The translations under genes and the position numbers were made by a program. A DNA stretch of 64,000 bases from NCBI GenBank assembly GCA_965261825.1, contig OZ253484.1, positions 65,184-129,183 of the forward strand, read 5' to 3'. The stretch is from Dehalococcoidia bacterium (GTDB lineage Bacteria; Chloroflexota; Dehalococcoidia; Lucifugimonadales; QGNO01). Under the pieces are notes generated by a model. It searched no databases and was not told where the DNA came from. It worked only from the letters and a program-made list of their open reading frames with translations. Positions 47,341-57,018 of the stretch are shown one piece after another (within the stretch, counting starts at the first letter, position 1; each line of letters starts with the position of its first letter).

Positions 47341-47616
47341 CTAGATGAACAGCGGGCCAAAGACAAGGGATACTATAGCCATGAGCTTTATCAGGATATT
47401 GAGGGACGGTCCGCTGGTGTCCTTGAACGGGTCGCCTACGGTATCACCGACCACGGCGGCGTGGTGAGTATCCGAGTCCTTGCCGCCGAAGTTCCCCAGT
47501 TCTATGTATTTCTTGGCGTTGTCCCAAGCCCTCCCGGCATTGGCCATGGTGATAGCGAGGAGGAATCCGGCGGAGATGGCTCCTATGAGCAGGCCGACCA
47601 GGGCCTCAGCGCCCAT
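47341..47616 (-). pseudogene. orphan 3' fragment of hppA (last 91 codons)
   Basis: Differs at 6 of 91 residues from the C-terminus of the full hppA at 49128..51170. Has no upstream coding continuation. Confidence 0.85.
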
Positions 47617-47648
47617 GAGGCTATGGGGGCTTTGGTGAGCGTGGTCAT

Positions 47649-48944
47649 CTAGACCGCCAACCGATCCCTGCCCAAGACGAAGGACCCTAAATCAACGGGA
47701 CGTCCCTCTAATAGGCATCTTATAGGTACGGCGAACATCCCGTCCCCAAATCCTGCGCCAACCTCGCCGTCATATACCACCACCCCGGCCACGAAGCGAT
47801 CGCCCGCAGCCTTCTTCAACTTCCGCAACCCGCGAAAGTCAGACTGCGTTACGGTGGCCGCCGCCTTCACTTCTACGCCGGCCACCTCTCTCGCTCCGCG
47901 CTCGATGACGATATCGACCTCTACCTGGTCCCTGTCGCGGTAGTGGAAGAACTCCAGGGGCGTCTCCTGGCATATGGACTGACGTCTTAGTTCCTGGAAC
48001 ACGAACGATTCCAAGTATTGACCGAGCAGTTCGCGATTCTGTGCAAGGTCACGGGGACCGACTCCAATCAGGGCGCATGCAAGACCGGTATCCCCTATAT
48101 GGAGCTTGGGCGTCTTGACCAAGCGCCTCAACTGGTTGGCGTGCCATGGCGGCAGTCGGTCTACAAGAAACAACCGTTCCAGCAGCGTCACGTAGTCGCC
48201 GATGGTAGGTCGGCTCAACTGGAAGAGGGATGCCATATTCGACAGGTTATAGAGTTGAGCGGTCTGCAATGCTGCGGCAGTCAGTAGCCGGGGCAGTGCG
48301 TCAAGTGTGCTGATCCTGGCCATGTCCCGCACGTCCCGCTGGAGCTGCGTGTCGATGAAGTTACGGTACCAGTTTGCCCGGCGCCGGGAGGTGGGACGGG
48401 CCAGCGCCTCTGGATAGCCGCCGCAGGCTATACGTTCTGCCAGCTCATCGGCAAGACGCTGGAAGGTGGACGTCTTGAACTCCCCGCGAAACAGGTCGTC
48501 TAGGAAGTTGGGGATGCCGCCGAACAATTCGCCCTGGGAGAGAGGGTGCAGCCGCAGTATCTCCATCCGGCCAGCCAGCGAATCGGCAAGGGCCGGCACG
48601 AGCAGTACCTGGGACGAACCGGTGAGCAGGAAGCGCCCGGGAGCGCGGCGACGGTCTATCTCCTGTTTCAAAGCGGTGAAGAGAGAGGGAACTCGCTGCA
48701 CTTCGTCGAGGATTGCATGCTCCGGTAGCCCGGCGACGAAACCCGCGGGGTCGGCGTTGGCAGCATTACGGGCGACGTCATCGTCAAAGCTGATATAGCC
48801 GTAGCCCATGGAGTCGCCGACCAGCCGGGCAAGGGTGGTCTTGCCGCACTGGCGCGGCCCGTGCAACAGCACAGCCGGCGAGTCGGACAGCGCTTCGACC
48901 AGAGGTCCTTCGGCGTAGCGGGAATAGAGGAGAGATGACTGCAT
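47649..48944 (-). CDS. AAA+ ATPase (AAA_14 + DUF4143 type)
   Basis: 431 aa. Walker [13 protein letters not shown], Walker B AILDEVQ. The C-terminal half is typical of the DUF4143/COG1373 family. Confidence 0.8.
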   Translation of the reverse strand: MQSSLLYSRYAEGPLVEALSDSPAVLLHGPRQCGKTTLARLVGDSMGYGYISFDDDVARNAANADPAGFVAGLPEHAILDEVQRVPSLFTALKQEIDRRRAPGRFLLTGSSQVLLVPALADSLAGRMEILRLHPLSQGELFGGIPNFLDDLFRGEFKTSTFQRLADELAERIACGGYPEALARPTSRRRANWYRNFIDTQLQRDVRDMARISTLDALPRLLTAAALQTAQLYNLSNMASLFQLSRPTIGDYVTLLERLFLVDRLPPWHANQLRRLVKTPKLHIGDTGLACALIGVGPRDLAQNRELLGQYLESFVFQELRRQSICQETPLEFFHYRDRDQVEVDIVIERGAREVAGVEVKAAATVTQSDFRGLRKLKKAAGDRFVAGVVVYDGEVGAGFGDGMFAVPIRCLLEGRPVDLGSFVLGRDRLAV

Positions 48945-48950
48945 CGTCCC

Positions 48951-49027
48951 ATTGTAACTTTATAGTGCGTCTAATTGCAAGATATTGTTCCGTCTGATTG
49001 CAACTTTAGACAGCGTCTAATTGAAAG
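48951..49027 (-). promoter_or_regulatory. AT-rich phased repeats upstream of the ATPase gene
   Basis: CGTCT(A/G)ATTG at 48968, 48991 and 49014 (23-bp phasing), within two 31-bp direct repeats ATTG(T/C)AACTTTA....GCGTCTAATTG(C/A)AAG at 48951-48981 and 48997-49027. Confidence 0.45.
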
Positions 49028-49127
49028 ACATGGGTTATGTCGCCACCTCACCAGCCTTGGCAACAGCGCATCCCGCTGGTACGGTCCTGGATTCCCGTCG
49101 GCACGGGAATGACGGTGTGGGGAGTGG

Positions 49128-51170
49128 CTAGATGAACAGCGGGCCAAAGACAAGGGATACTATAGCCATGAGCTTTATCAGGATATTGAGCGACGGTCCG
49201 CTGGTGTCCTTGAACGGATCGCCCACTGTATCACCAACCACGGCGGCGTGGTGAGTATCCGAGCCCTTGCCGCCGAAGTTCCCCAGTTCTATGTATTTCT
49301 TGGCGTTGTCCCAAGCTCCCCCGGCATTGGCCATGGTGACGGCGAGAAGGAATCCGGCGGAGATGGCTCCTATGAGCATGCCGCCCAGGGCCTCAGGGCC
49401 CATGAGGGCGCCGACGGCTATGGGCGCAACGATGGCGACGAGCCCGGGCAGGATCATCTCGCGGAGTGCGCCGCTGGTGCTGATATCCACGGCGCGGGCG
49501 TAGTCGGGGCGGCCCGTGCCTTCCATAATGCCGGGGATCTCGCGGAACTGCCGCCTCACCTCTTCGATCATCTTGTTGGCGGCACGGCCCACGGCCTGCA
49601 TGGTCATAGAGGAGAAGACAAAGGGAAGTACCGCGCCAATGAGCAGTCCCAGCAGGACTTTGGTTTCTAGTAGATCAAGAAGGTCGAGGCCGGCGACCTG
49701 CGAATAGGCGACCATAAGGGCGAGAGCGGTAAGGACGGCGGAGCCTATGGCGAAGCCTTTGCCGGTGGCGGCGGTTGTATTGCCCAGAGCGTCTAGGGCA
49801 TCCGTACGCTGTCGGACCTCGGGAGGAAGGCCGGCTTGCTCCGCAATGCCGCCGGCGTTATCGGCTACGGGCCCGTAGGCGTCGGTGGCCAGGGTGATGC
49901 CAAGGGTGGAGAGCATACCCACTGCGGCCAGGGCAATGCCGTAAACGCCAGCCAGGGCATCTGCTATCCAGATGCCCGCCACAACAGCAGCTAGCGGCAC
50001 CACGGTGCTGAGCATGCCAAGGCCAAGGCCGCCGATGATGACGGTAGCGGGGCCGGTCAGGGCCTGCTCGGATAGCTTCTTGGTGGGGCTGTATTCGTAG
50101 GCGGTGAAGTACTCGGTGGCGAACCCTATTACCTGTCCCACCACCAGACCGACCAAGACAACCCAAAACAGCTTGAAGTCGAGACCTAGAATGGCGATGG
50201 CTACGGCGGTGCCTATGAGAACTAGTCCACCGGCGGAGTAGATGCCGGTGCGAAGGGCCCAGAGCAATCTTCCCATGGTGGCATTCTCTCCGGTGCGGAC
50301 AAGGAATGTGCCCAATATGGATGAGACGATGCCTATTGAAGCGACGAGAAACGGGAGCACGAAGCGTGCTCCGTCGAAGGAATCGCTTGAACCGCTGAAA
50401 ACGACAGCGGTTGCTCCCAGGGCGATGGCGGCGATGATAGAGCCGACGTAAGATTCGAAGAGGTCTGCGCCCATACCGGCTACGTCACCAACGTTGTCGC
50501 CTACGTTGTCGGCGATGGTGGCCGGATTACGCGGGTCGTCCTCCGGTATGTTCTGCTCCACCTTGCCCACGAGGTCCGCGCCGACGTCGGCGGCCTTGGT
50601 GAAGATACCGCCTCCGACACGGGCGAAGAGGGCGATGGATGATGCGCCAAAGCCAAAGCCGGCGACGATGTTGGCGTCTTGGAAGATCCAATAGAGGGCG
50701 GCGACGCCAATGATGCCTATTCCCACTACGGTTATGCCCATTACGGCGCCGCTGTTGAAAGCTACGCGGAGACCCGGGTTGAGGCCCTGAGCAGCGCCAG
50801 CGGTGGTGCGAGTGTTTGCCCTTACCGCGATGTTCATGCCGATAAATCCGGCCAGACCGGAGCCAATGGCTCCAACCAAGTATGAGATAGCGGTGGAGGG
50901 CAATGAGCGGTCAGAGCCGACTTTATCCAGGACGTCGTAGTCAATGAAGACAGCGATGATCACCGCGATGACTATGACAAAGGCGGCGAGGATGCGGTAC
51001 TCACGCTTGAGGAAGGCCATGGCCCCTTCCTGGATGGCTTTGCCGATATCTTGAACGGTCTCATTGCCGGCGCTTTGGCGGAGGACCCTGGTGATGAGAT
51101 AGACGGAGAAGAGTAATGCGACGATTCCTACGGCAATGGAAGCAGCGATGAGCTCTGGATAGGTTTCCAT
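49128..51170 (-). CDS. hppA: membrane-bound proton/sodium-translocating pyrophosphatase
   Basis: 680 aa, polytopic. Motifs [53 protein letters not shown]. Confidence 0.95.
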   Translation of the reverse strand: METYPELIAASIAVGIVALLFSVYLITRVLRQSAGNETVQDIGKAIQEGAMAFLKREYRILAAFVIVIAVIIAVFIDYDVLDKVGSDRSLPSTAISYLVGAIGSGLAGFIGMNIAVRANTRTTAGAAQGLNPGLRVAFNSGAVMGITVVGIGIIGVAALYWIFQDANIVAGFGFGASSIALFARVGGGIFTKAADVGADLVGKVEQNIPEDDPRNPATIADNVGDNVGDVAGMGADLFESYVGSIIAAIALGATAVVFSGSSDSFDGARFVLPFLVASIGIVSSILGTFLVRTGENATMGRLLWALRTGIYSAGGLVLIGTAVAIAILGLDFKLFWVVLVGLVVGQVIGFATEYFTAYEYSPTKKLSEQALTGPATVIIGGLGLGMLSTVVPLAAVVAGIWIADALAGVYGIALAAVGMLSTLGITLATDAYGPVADNAGGIAEQAGLPPEVRQRTDALDALGNTTAATGKGFAIGSAVLTALALMVAYSQVAGLDLLDLLETKVLLGLLIGAVLPFVFSSMTMQAVGRAANKMIEEVRRQFREIPGIMEGTGRPDYARAVDISTSGALREMILPGLVAIVAPIAVGALMGPEALGGMLIGAISAGFLLAVTMANAGGAWDNAKKYIELGNFGGKGSDTHHAAVVGDTVGDPFKDTSGPSLNILIKLMAIVSLVFGPLFI

Positions 51171-51267
51171 GGAGTGTTGCTCCTTACAACGACAGTGATT
51201 GGCTTTGAATGGCAGGCTGATTGCCAGTTGGGGACTGTATCATCAAGGTAAACCGAGGGTCAAGACG

Positions 51268-51582
51268 GGCAAGGGGGCAAACAGGCAGGTGGGCGGTACG
51301 CGGTCAACTACGGCCTGGATGCTTCGTCGGCGGAGGTGGATGAAGGCTTAGGGGTTTGACCGACTCCTCAGCATGACAGACCGCCCTGCCCCTGGGTTCC
51401 CGCCTACGCGGGAAAGACGGTGTAGGCAGACGGGCAAACGGGCAGGTGGGTGGTACGCGGTCAACTACGGTCTGGATGGTTCGTCGGCGGAGGTGGATGA
51501 AGGCTTAGGGGTTTGACCGACTCTTCAGCATGACAGACCGCCCTGCCCCTGGGTTCCCGCCTGCGCGGGAAAGACGGTGTAG
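51268..51582. repeat. two tandem composite REP units (about 157 bp each)
   Basis: A G-rich tract, then AACTACGG(C/T)CTGGATG(C/G)TTCGTCGGCGGAGGTGGATGAAGGCTTAGGGGTTTGACCGACTC(C/T)TCAGCATGACAGACCGCCCTGCCCCTGGGTTCCCGCCT(A/G)CGCGGGAAAGACGGTGTAGG, occurring twice. Confidence 0.85.
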
Positions 51583-51754
51583 GGGAGGCTGGTTTTGCAT
51601 GGCGGCCCCACCCCTCCACCCCGCCTGGGTTCCTGCCTCCGCAGGAATGACGGTATCGGGGGCAGGCTGAGGGGAGGAAATCGGTGTGGACACTGGACTA
51701 GAGAGTCGTCGTGGATACAATGGTTAGCAGAAACCCGTTTCAACGTGAGATTCC

Positions 51755-52996
51755 ATGGTCTCAACCCCCAGCCGAAGACCGATCATTCAGGTAGTAGCCA
51801 ACAGAGACTATCGTCTGCTGTGGGCGGCGGGTCTGTTTGCCATGCTGGCCCGCTGGATAGCGCTGCTGGTTTCCGGGTACCTGGTGCTCCAACTCACCGA
51901 CTCCATCTTCCTGACCCAGATGGCCGGAGTCGCCTTTCTCTTACCGCAGACGTTCATGGGCGTCTTCACCGGAGTCATCGCGGATGCTTACGACCGACGC
52001 ACCGTGATCGGCGTTGCCTTCATAGCGAACGCGCTGCTCTTTGCGCTGCTGGCGGCGCTCGTGTTCTCCGAGACGGCGACGGCGCCCCGGATCCTGGCCA
52101 TAAACTTCCTCATTGGAGTTTCCTTCAACGTAGACATGGTCGTCCGCAGAACGTTTGTCATAGATATCGTGGGCAAGGAGATGTTGACATCGGCGGTGTC
52201 GCTGGACACGGTAAACATGACGGTGGCGGTGCTAGTGGGGCCCGTATTGGCCGGGGTCCTGTTGGAAGTCATCCCCGAGAGCGGCTTTGCCAATGTGGCC
52301 TCCATATACTCGTTGATAGCGAGCTGCTACGTTGCGGCAGTGGTGTTGATCATCAGGGTGAAACCGCAGCTTCGCCAAAAAGCCAACATCAGCTTGAAAC
52401 AGACTTTGGCCTTCATCTCGGAAGGGTTCCGCGAAGTCTCAAGGAGCAGGGCAATGGTGGGAGTGCTGGGCGTCACGGTGTTAATGAACCTGGCCTTCTT
52501 CCCCTTCATGCCGATGATCCCGGTTTTCGCGGAGAAGGTGCTAGAGGTGGAGCCGGCCGCCATGGGGCTTCTGGGCGGAGCTTCCGGTGTAGGTTCTCTG
52601 TTTGGAGCGACGTTCATAGCGGCCCGGGGGAACATACAGCGAAAGTCGGTCTACTACTACGGCGGCACGCTGCTATCTTTGGGTATTCTGGCCGTGTTCT
52701 CCCTATCGACATCCTTCCCTATCTCACTGGCTTTGCTCATGCTGGCCGGCGCCACGACATCGGGATTTGGAACTATGCAGGCTACGTTGGTACTGATCTC
52801 GGCCAGGGAGGAGATGCGCGGCAGGGCGATGGGCATTCTGAGCCTGGCCATTGGCGCCGAACCGTTCGGCGGGATCATGCTCGGCGTGCTGGCGGAGCGG
52901 CTCGGCCCCAGCCAGGCGGTTGGGCTTATGACTGTTTCCGGCCTGGCGATGACCGCCGTTTGGACTTACTTTGCCAAGGAGATGAGGCGGCTTTGA
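51755..52996 (+). CDS. MFS transporter
   Basis: 413 aa, about 12 predicted TM helices. N-terminal NRDYRLLWAAGLFAMLARW is typical of the EntS/MFS_3-like group. Confidence 0.8.
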   Translation: MVSTPSRRPIIQVVANRDYRLLWAAGLFAMLARWIALLVSGYLVLQLTDSIFLTQMAGVAFLLPQTFMGVFTGVIADAYDRRTVIGVAFIANALLFALLAALVFSETATAPRILAINFLIGVSFNVDMVVRRTFVIDIVGKEMLTSAVSLDTVNMTVAVLVGPVLAGVLLEVIPESGFANVASIYSLIASCYVAAVVLIIRVKPQLRQKANISLKQTLAFISEGFREVSRSRAMVGVLGVTVLMNLAFFPFMPMIPVFAEKVLEVEPAAMGLLGGASGVGSLFGATFIAARGNIQRKSVYYYGGTLLSLGILAVFSLSTSFPISLALLMLAGATTSGFGTMQATLVLISAREEMRGRAMGILSLAIGAEPFGGIMLGVLAERLGPSQAVGLMTVSGLAMTAVWTYFAKEMRRL

Positions 52997-53063
52997 ACTG
53001 GGGGTGGGTTTGACAGGGTGCAGAGCATTCGTTTAGGAGTAACATCGCCCTGAAAGGAGAATA

Positions 53064-53816
53064 TTGAATTCTCTCAAGCAGATCCGAGATGCGGTCCGTA
53101 ATTGCCGGAACGCTGACAACATCGGTTGCGTCACTGTCACCAAATACCGCGACCAGAAGAATGTTGAGGGGGCAAGTCATCCCGTTCTGTTTCAGATAGT
53201 GCCGAAGGCCAGAATCGCGATAATAGGTGCTGTCCCAGGTTCAATCGATGCTGACCCAACAAAAGAAGCTTATCAGAAGCTGGTCAATGGACAGTTCTCT
53301 TTAGGACACAAGAGTGCTCAAGGGCTTGGCGAGATTATGATGAGGGTAGGAAATATCAAGAGAATAGACCTACCCTGTAGAATAACACGCCTTCCAGATA
53401 CGAGGAGTATTCAAGATGATCACCTGTTGGCACGTAAGCGCCTGGGTCTACACGCAACAAATCTGGTTAAGTGTCCTGCCCCTACAGGTTGGGAAAACTC
53501 CGAGAAGGAGCTTTGGAAGCAGGCCGCAAGAGCCTGTGAGAGTAGGCATTTAGCGAATGAAATTGAGTCTATAGATCCCTCAATGATAATCCTCTTGGGG
53601 CAGAGGGTTGTGGATTACATCGCGGAGAGGGAATCTTGGGGTTCATCCGTTAGCAGGCTCAAAATATCGGAATGGGCTCAACAAGCACGCTACCTGCCGT
53701 GCTATGGCAGAGAGAGGCTTGTAAGTGCTTGGGTGTTCACCCAGGAGGACAGTACTTCTGGATACAAGGTAAGGCTTGCTGGGATTTGTACGCTGAGCAA
53801 ATGGCTAAATTCGTAG
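53064..53816 (+). CDS. uracil-DNA glycosylase-superfamily-like protein
   Basis: 250 aa in an AT-richer patch. Layout resembles family-4/5 UDGs: ARIAIIGAVPGS (where GE(A)PG sits), LHATNLVKCPAP, MIILLGQRVVDYI. Weak, by eye only. Confidence 0.4.
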   Translation: MNSLKQIRDAVRNCRNADNIGCVTVTKYRDQKNVEGASHPVLFQIVPKARIAIIGAVPGSIDADPTKEAYQKLVNGQFSLGHKSAQGLGEIMMRVGNIKRIDLPCRITRLPDTRSIQDDHLLARKRLGLHATNLVKCPAPTGWENSEKELWKQAARACESRHLANEIESIDPSMIILLGQRVVDYIAERESWGSSVSRLKISEWAQQARYLPCYGRERLVSAWVFTQEDSTSGYKVRLAGICTLSKWLNS

Positions 53817-53924
53817 AATAGTCGGAGTACACGAAAGAACCGGGACGATGGCATTATCTAAATTTAGGTGCCACACTTACATGACCCCCAAGTGGCAAAA
53901 AACTAGGTGTGAGGTCAGAACGTA

Positions 53925-54160
53925 ATGCCTATTCATGAGGAAGTCCTTGCGGCAGCCAAGCTTCTGAGCGATGCCTCCGGTGACGGCACATTCACTCCCA
54001 TTCAAGTCGTTGAGGCTTTGCCGCACTTAAAGAGAGTACCGTTCGTACGCATGTTGTAAGCCGGTGTTGTGTAAACGCTCCAGGCAACCACGCAGTCAGA
54101 TACGCTTACTTTCGTCGTGTTGAGCGTGGTATCTATAAGATTGAGCCTCCTTTTCGCTAA
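53925..54160 (+). pseudogene. small conserved-motif protein, frameshifted
   Basis: ATG 53925: MPIHEEVLAAAKLLSDASGDGTFTPIQVVEALPHL, then shift near 54030 to ..KESTVRTHVVSRCCVNAPGNHAVRYAYFRRVERGIYKIEPPFR (TAA 54158-54160). Confidence 0.3.
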
Positions 54161-54265
54161 TTGGCCAGAAAGACCGCAGTGCAGGATGCCACCAGTGGGC
54201 CCTGCTCCTTACGGCGACGGGGCTTTCCCAGGACAGGGTGCCTTAGTTGGTATGAGGTTCCTTTT

Positions 54266-54362
54266 GGATGCTTCGTCGGCGGGGCTTGGTTGATGCAAGC
54301 GGGATTGACCGACTCCTCAGCATGACATCCCGTTCCTGGATGCCCGTCATCACGGGCGTGCT
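54266..54362. repeat. REP family A element followed by a family B hairpin
   Basis: TGGATGCTTCGTCGGCGGGGC...GACCGACTCCTCAGCATGACA, then CCTGGATGCCCGTCATCACGGGCGTG. Confidence 0.75.
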
Positions 54363-54488
54363 GGTCGGGAGGGGAGCGCGCTCAGAGCGAGCCTATTTCA
54401 ATAGTAATGACAGGGTGTGAAGAGGTGCGAAGTGTGCAAAGAGGGGTGTGCAGACTTCAACAATCTGCACACCCCTCTTGAATGCGGT

Positions 54489-55856
54489 CTAGTACCAGTC
54501 GCGGTAAAAGGTCTCGTAGGGGATGGCTTGGGGCTTGGCCACGTGCGGGATGGGGAGCTGCACCATGCCGCTTTCACGTGAGGGCAGGTACACCGTAGAG
54601 GTGCCCTGTACGAAGACTTGGTCCTCCTGGTTACGTCCCTCATACTTGATGCCGACGGCGTGGTAGGTGCGATCTCCGGGGATGGCGCCCTCGCCGGCTT
54701 CACCCGTCTGCACCTCCGTGAACTTCTTGGTGACCGTGCCGTTGTAGAGGCCGATGTCGGAGTAGTAGAAGGGTCTGCGCAGAGCCATCTGGAGGCGCCG
54801 GATGAAGCCGTGGTCGCCCATCCAGTTGCTCATCAGGGCCTGCGGTATCTGAGACCTCTGGCCGCCCCAGTCGAAGGGTAGAGCCTGGCCGCGATAGGCG
54901 GCCATTAGGGCGTCGCCGTGCTCGTCGGCGGCGCTCCAGGGCCAGCGGGAGACGGGGTGGGTGTAGGCGAAGCCGCCGAATCCCTCGTGCCTGATGTGCC
55001 GGCGCATCTTGTGACCGCCCTCGAAGTTATATCCGAACATTGGAGGGCCGTTACGCATGTGGAACATGGACGTCCAGTCCTGGTCGGTCCAGGGCGGGAT
55101 GATGAAAGTGGGGAGCTTATCGCCCTCGTTGACATCCTCCCAGTAGAGGATGTCCTTGCCCCTGGGTCTGGCCTTCTCCATGAGGTCGAGGATCTCCTCC
55201 ACCTGCTCGGAGTTGAGCTTGGGTACGTTGCGCTCGTACATCATGCGCTCGCCCAGGCGCTCCACGGACATGGCTCTGCCGGTGCCCATCTCTTCCCTGG
55301 GCACCATGATGAGTGTGCCGTAGCACTTGCCGAGGAGGTCGCCGCGCATGTCCCAGTAGTTGACGTCTGTGATGAAGAAGAAGAGGTTGCCGTGGGCGCC
55401 TGGCTTCTCGATGATCTCCTTGCCCACGGAGGAGGTCTTGAATCCGGTGCCGACGCGTAGGATGTCGAAGAACTCCCAGGCGGTGCCGGAGTGGAAGTTG
55501 GCGATGGGCCAGCCGCCGACGCGGCGAGCGCCGTGCCACATGGCGTTTCTGGCCATGATGAGGGCGGTGCCCGGTGCGATGAGGCAGCCATAAGGCCCGT
55601 TCTTGGCGTATTCGGGATCGGTGTAGAGCGGGTTGTCGTCGCCGATGCTGGCGGAGTAGGCCTTGATCACGGGTTCGGTGAGCACCCAGGGGCTCTTGTA
55701 TGGTGGGCCTGAGGCGTCGTAGGGCTGAGTAGTGCCTGGGTAGAGGTACATATCGAGCGGGTATCCTTCCCCGATGACCTCGTTTTCTAGGTCTTCGTGG
55801 GAAAGCCGCCTGAACTCGTCGACTAGGCTCTCAAAGGTTTCGCTGGTAGTTGTCAT
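54489..55856 (-). CDS. double hot-dog (MaoC/FAS1-like dehydratase) family protein, paralogue 2
   Basis: Real start ATG 55854-55856 after GGAGG (MTTTSETFESLV...). IKAYSASIGDDNPLYTDPEYAKNGPYGCLIAPGTAL. C-terminus IPYETFYRDWY. Confidence 0.65.
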   Translation of the reverse strand: MTTTSETFESLVDEFRRLSHEDLENEVIGEGYPLDMYLYPGTTQPYDASGPPYKSPWVLTEPVIKAYSASIGDDNPLYTDPEYAKNGPYGCLIAPGTALIMARNAMWHGARRVGGWPIANFHSGTAWEFFDILRVGTGFKTSSVGKEIIEKPGAHGNLFFFITDVNYWDMRGDLLGKCYGTLIMVPREEMGTGRAMSVERLGERMMYERNVPKLNSEQVEEILDLMEKARPRGKDILYWEDVNEGDKLPTFIIPPWTDQDWTSMFHMRNGPPMFGYNFEGGHKMRRHIRHEGFGGFAYTHPVSRWPWSAADEHGDALMAAYRGQALPFDWGGQRSQIPQALMSNWMGDHGFIRRLQMALRRPFYYSDIGLYNGTVTKKFTEVQTGEAGEGAIPGDRTYHAVGIKYEGRNQEDQVFVQGTSTVYLPSRESGMVQLPIPHVAKPQAIPYETFYRDWY

Positions 55857-55908
55857 GGTTTCTTCCCTCCTCCGCTTGAGCGGATGATAAGCCCGACGGG
55901 TCAACGAG

Positions 55909-57018
55909 TCAAGAACGGCTAGGCGGAGCCCAGGCTTCTCCCGGTTGCCTGGGGTGCCGGTACATGTGGCCTGATTGCACCTCCGGGAAGCTGATCGCCT
56001 CCAATAGGGCGGACCCTTCCCTGTAAGCGGCGACAAGGGCGTCCTCCGCTTCATAAGCGAAGGGATCGCCGAGCTGCATTTCGTTCTCTCCACCGGGCTC
56101 GGGCCTGTTCTCCAACAGCCACTCGACGGAACAGGCAAGGGCGCTGCTCACGGGGACGACGTCGCTATATCCCAGCCGGCTCTTGATCTTGGTGATGTCG
56201 TAATTGACGACAGCTTCCACTGCGGGCGCTCCGCTGCCCCTGTACACTCTGCTTGCCAGGGCAGGCGGCATCTCCACTATCTCACAGTCGCGGCCCATGT
56301 GCTTAATGATGAACTCGACGATCTGGCGCTGGGAGTACTGAGCGTCCTCCCTGACGTTGAAGATTTGCCCGGACGATTCCTCCGGCTTGTCGACGCCGAG
56401 CAGAAGCGCGTGAGCGGCGTTCTTGCCGAAGGCACGACGGCGCGGCGCGGCGGTGTTGGGGACGACGACGTGCTTCCTACCGTCCAGCAACCGCCGAACA
56501 ATGCTCCATTCGGGATTGGCGGGAGCGTTGGGCCCGTATACCTGGGGGTATCTGAAGATGGCGGCGCTGTAGAAGCCGTCCTGGTGAGCCTGCATGACCG
56601 TCTGTTCCGTAACCCACATCATGTAGGAGAGACGCGGCCCGTCGGGGTCCTGGCTCAGCGGGCTGTCCTCCGGCACCATTGGAGGTGCGCCAAGGGGGGC
56701 CCACCGGTCGTCGTTGCTGCGGGCGTAGACTCCGCCACCGCCCACGGTGATCAGGCGCTGGGTCTTGCCCTTGAGCACGTCGGCCACAATGCGGATCCTG
56801 CCATAGGTGGCAACGGCAAGGTCGAAGGTGCGGTTTGCCAAGCCCGCTTCCAGCGTCTCCTTGAAGTGAGGGTCGGCGTGAATGTGCTCAACGTCCGCGT
56901 CGAATTCGGCCTCGTGCTGTCCTCCGTGGAGGACAGCAACCTGGTACCGGCGCTCCAGGAGGCCGTTGACGAGGTGAGGGCCGGATGGGCCGGTTCCTCC
57001 GATAACGAGGGCTTTCAT
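55909..57018 (-). CDS. NAD-dependent epimerase/dehydratase (extended SDR)
   Basis: MKALVIGGTGPSGPHLVNGLL Rossmann motif. 369 aa. Upstream of, and co-directional with, the hot-dog paralogue. Confidence 0.8.
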   Translation of the reverse strand: MKALVIGGTGPSGPHLVNGLLERRYQVAVLHGGQHEAEFDADVEHIHADPHFKETLEAGLANRTFDLAVATYGRIRIVADVLKGKTQRLITVGGGGVYARSNDDRWAPLGAPPMVPEDSPLSQDPDGPRLSYMMWVTEQTVMQAHQDGFYSAAIFRYPQVYGPNAPANPEWSIVRRLLDGRKHVVVPNTAAPRRRAFGKNAAHALLLGVDKPEESSGQIFNVREDAQYSQRQIVEFIIKHMGRDCEIVEMPPALASRVYRGSGAPAVEAVVNYDITKIKSRLGYSDVVPVSSALACSVEWLLENRPEPGGENEMQLGDPFAYEAEDALVAAYREGSALLEAISFPEVQSGHMYRHPRQPGEAWAPPSRS

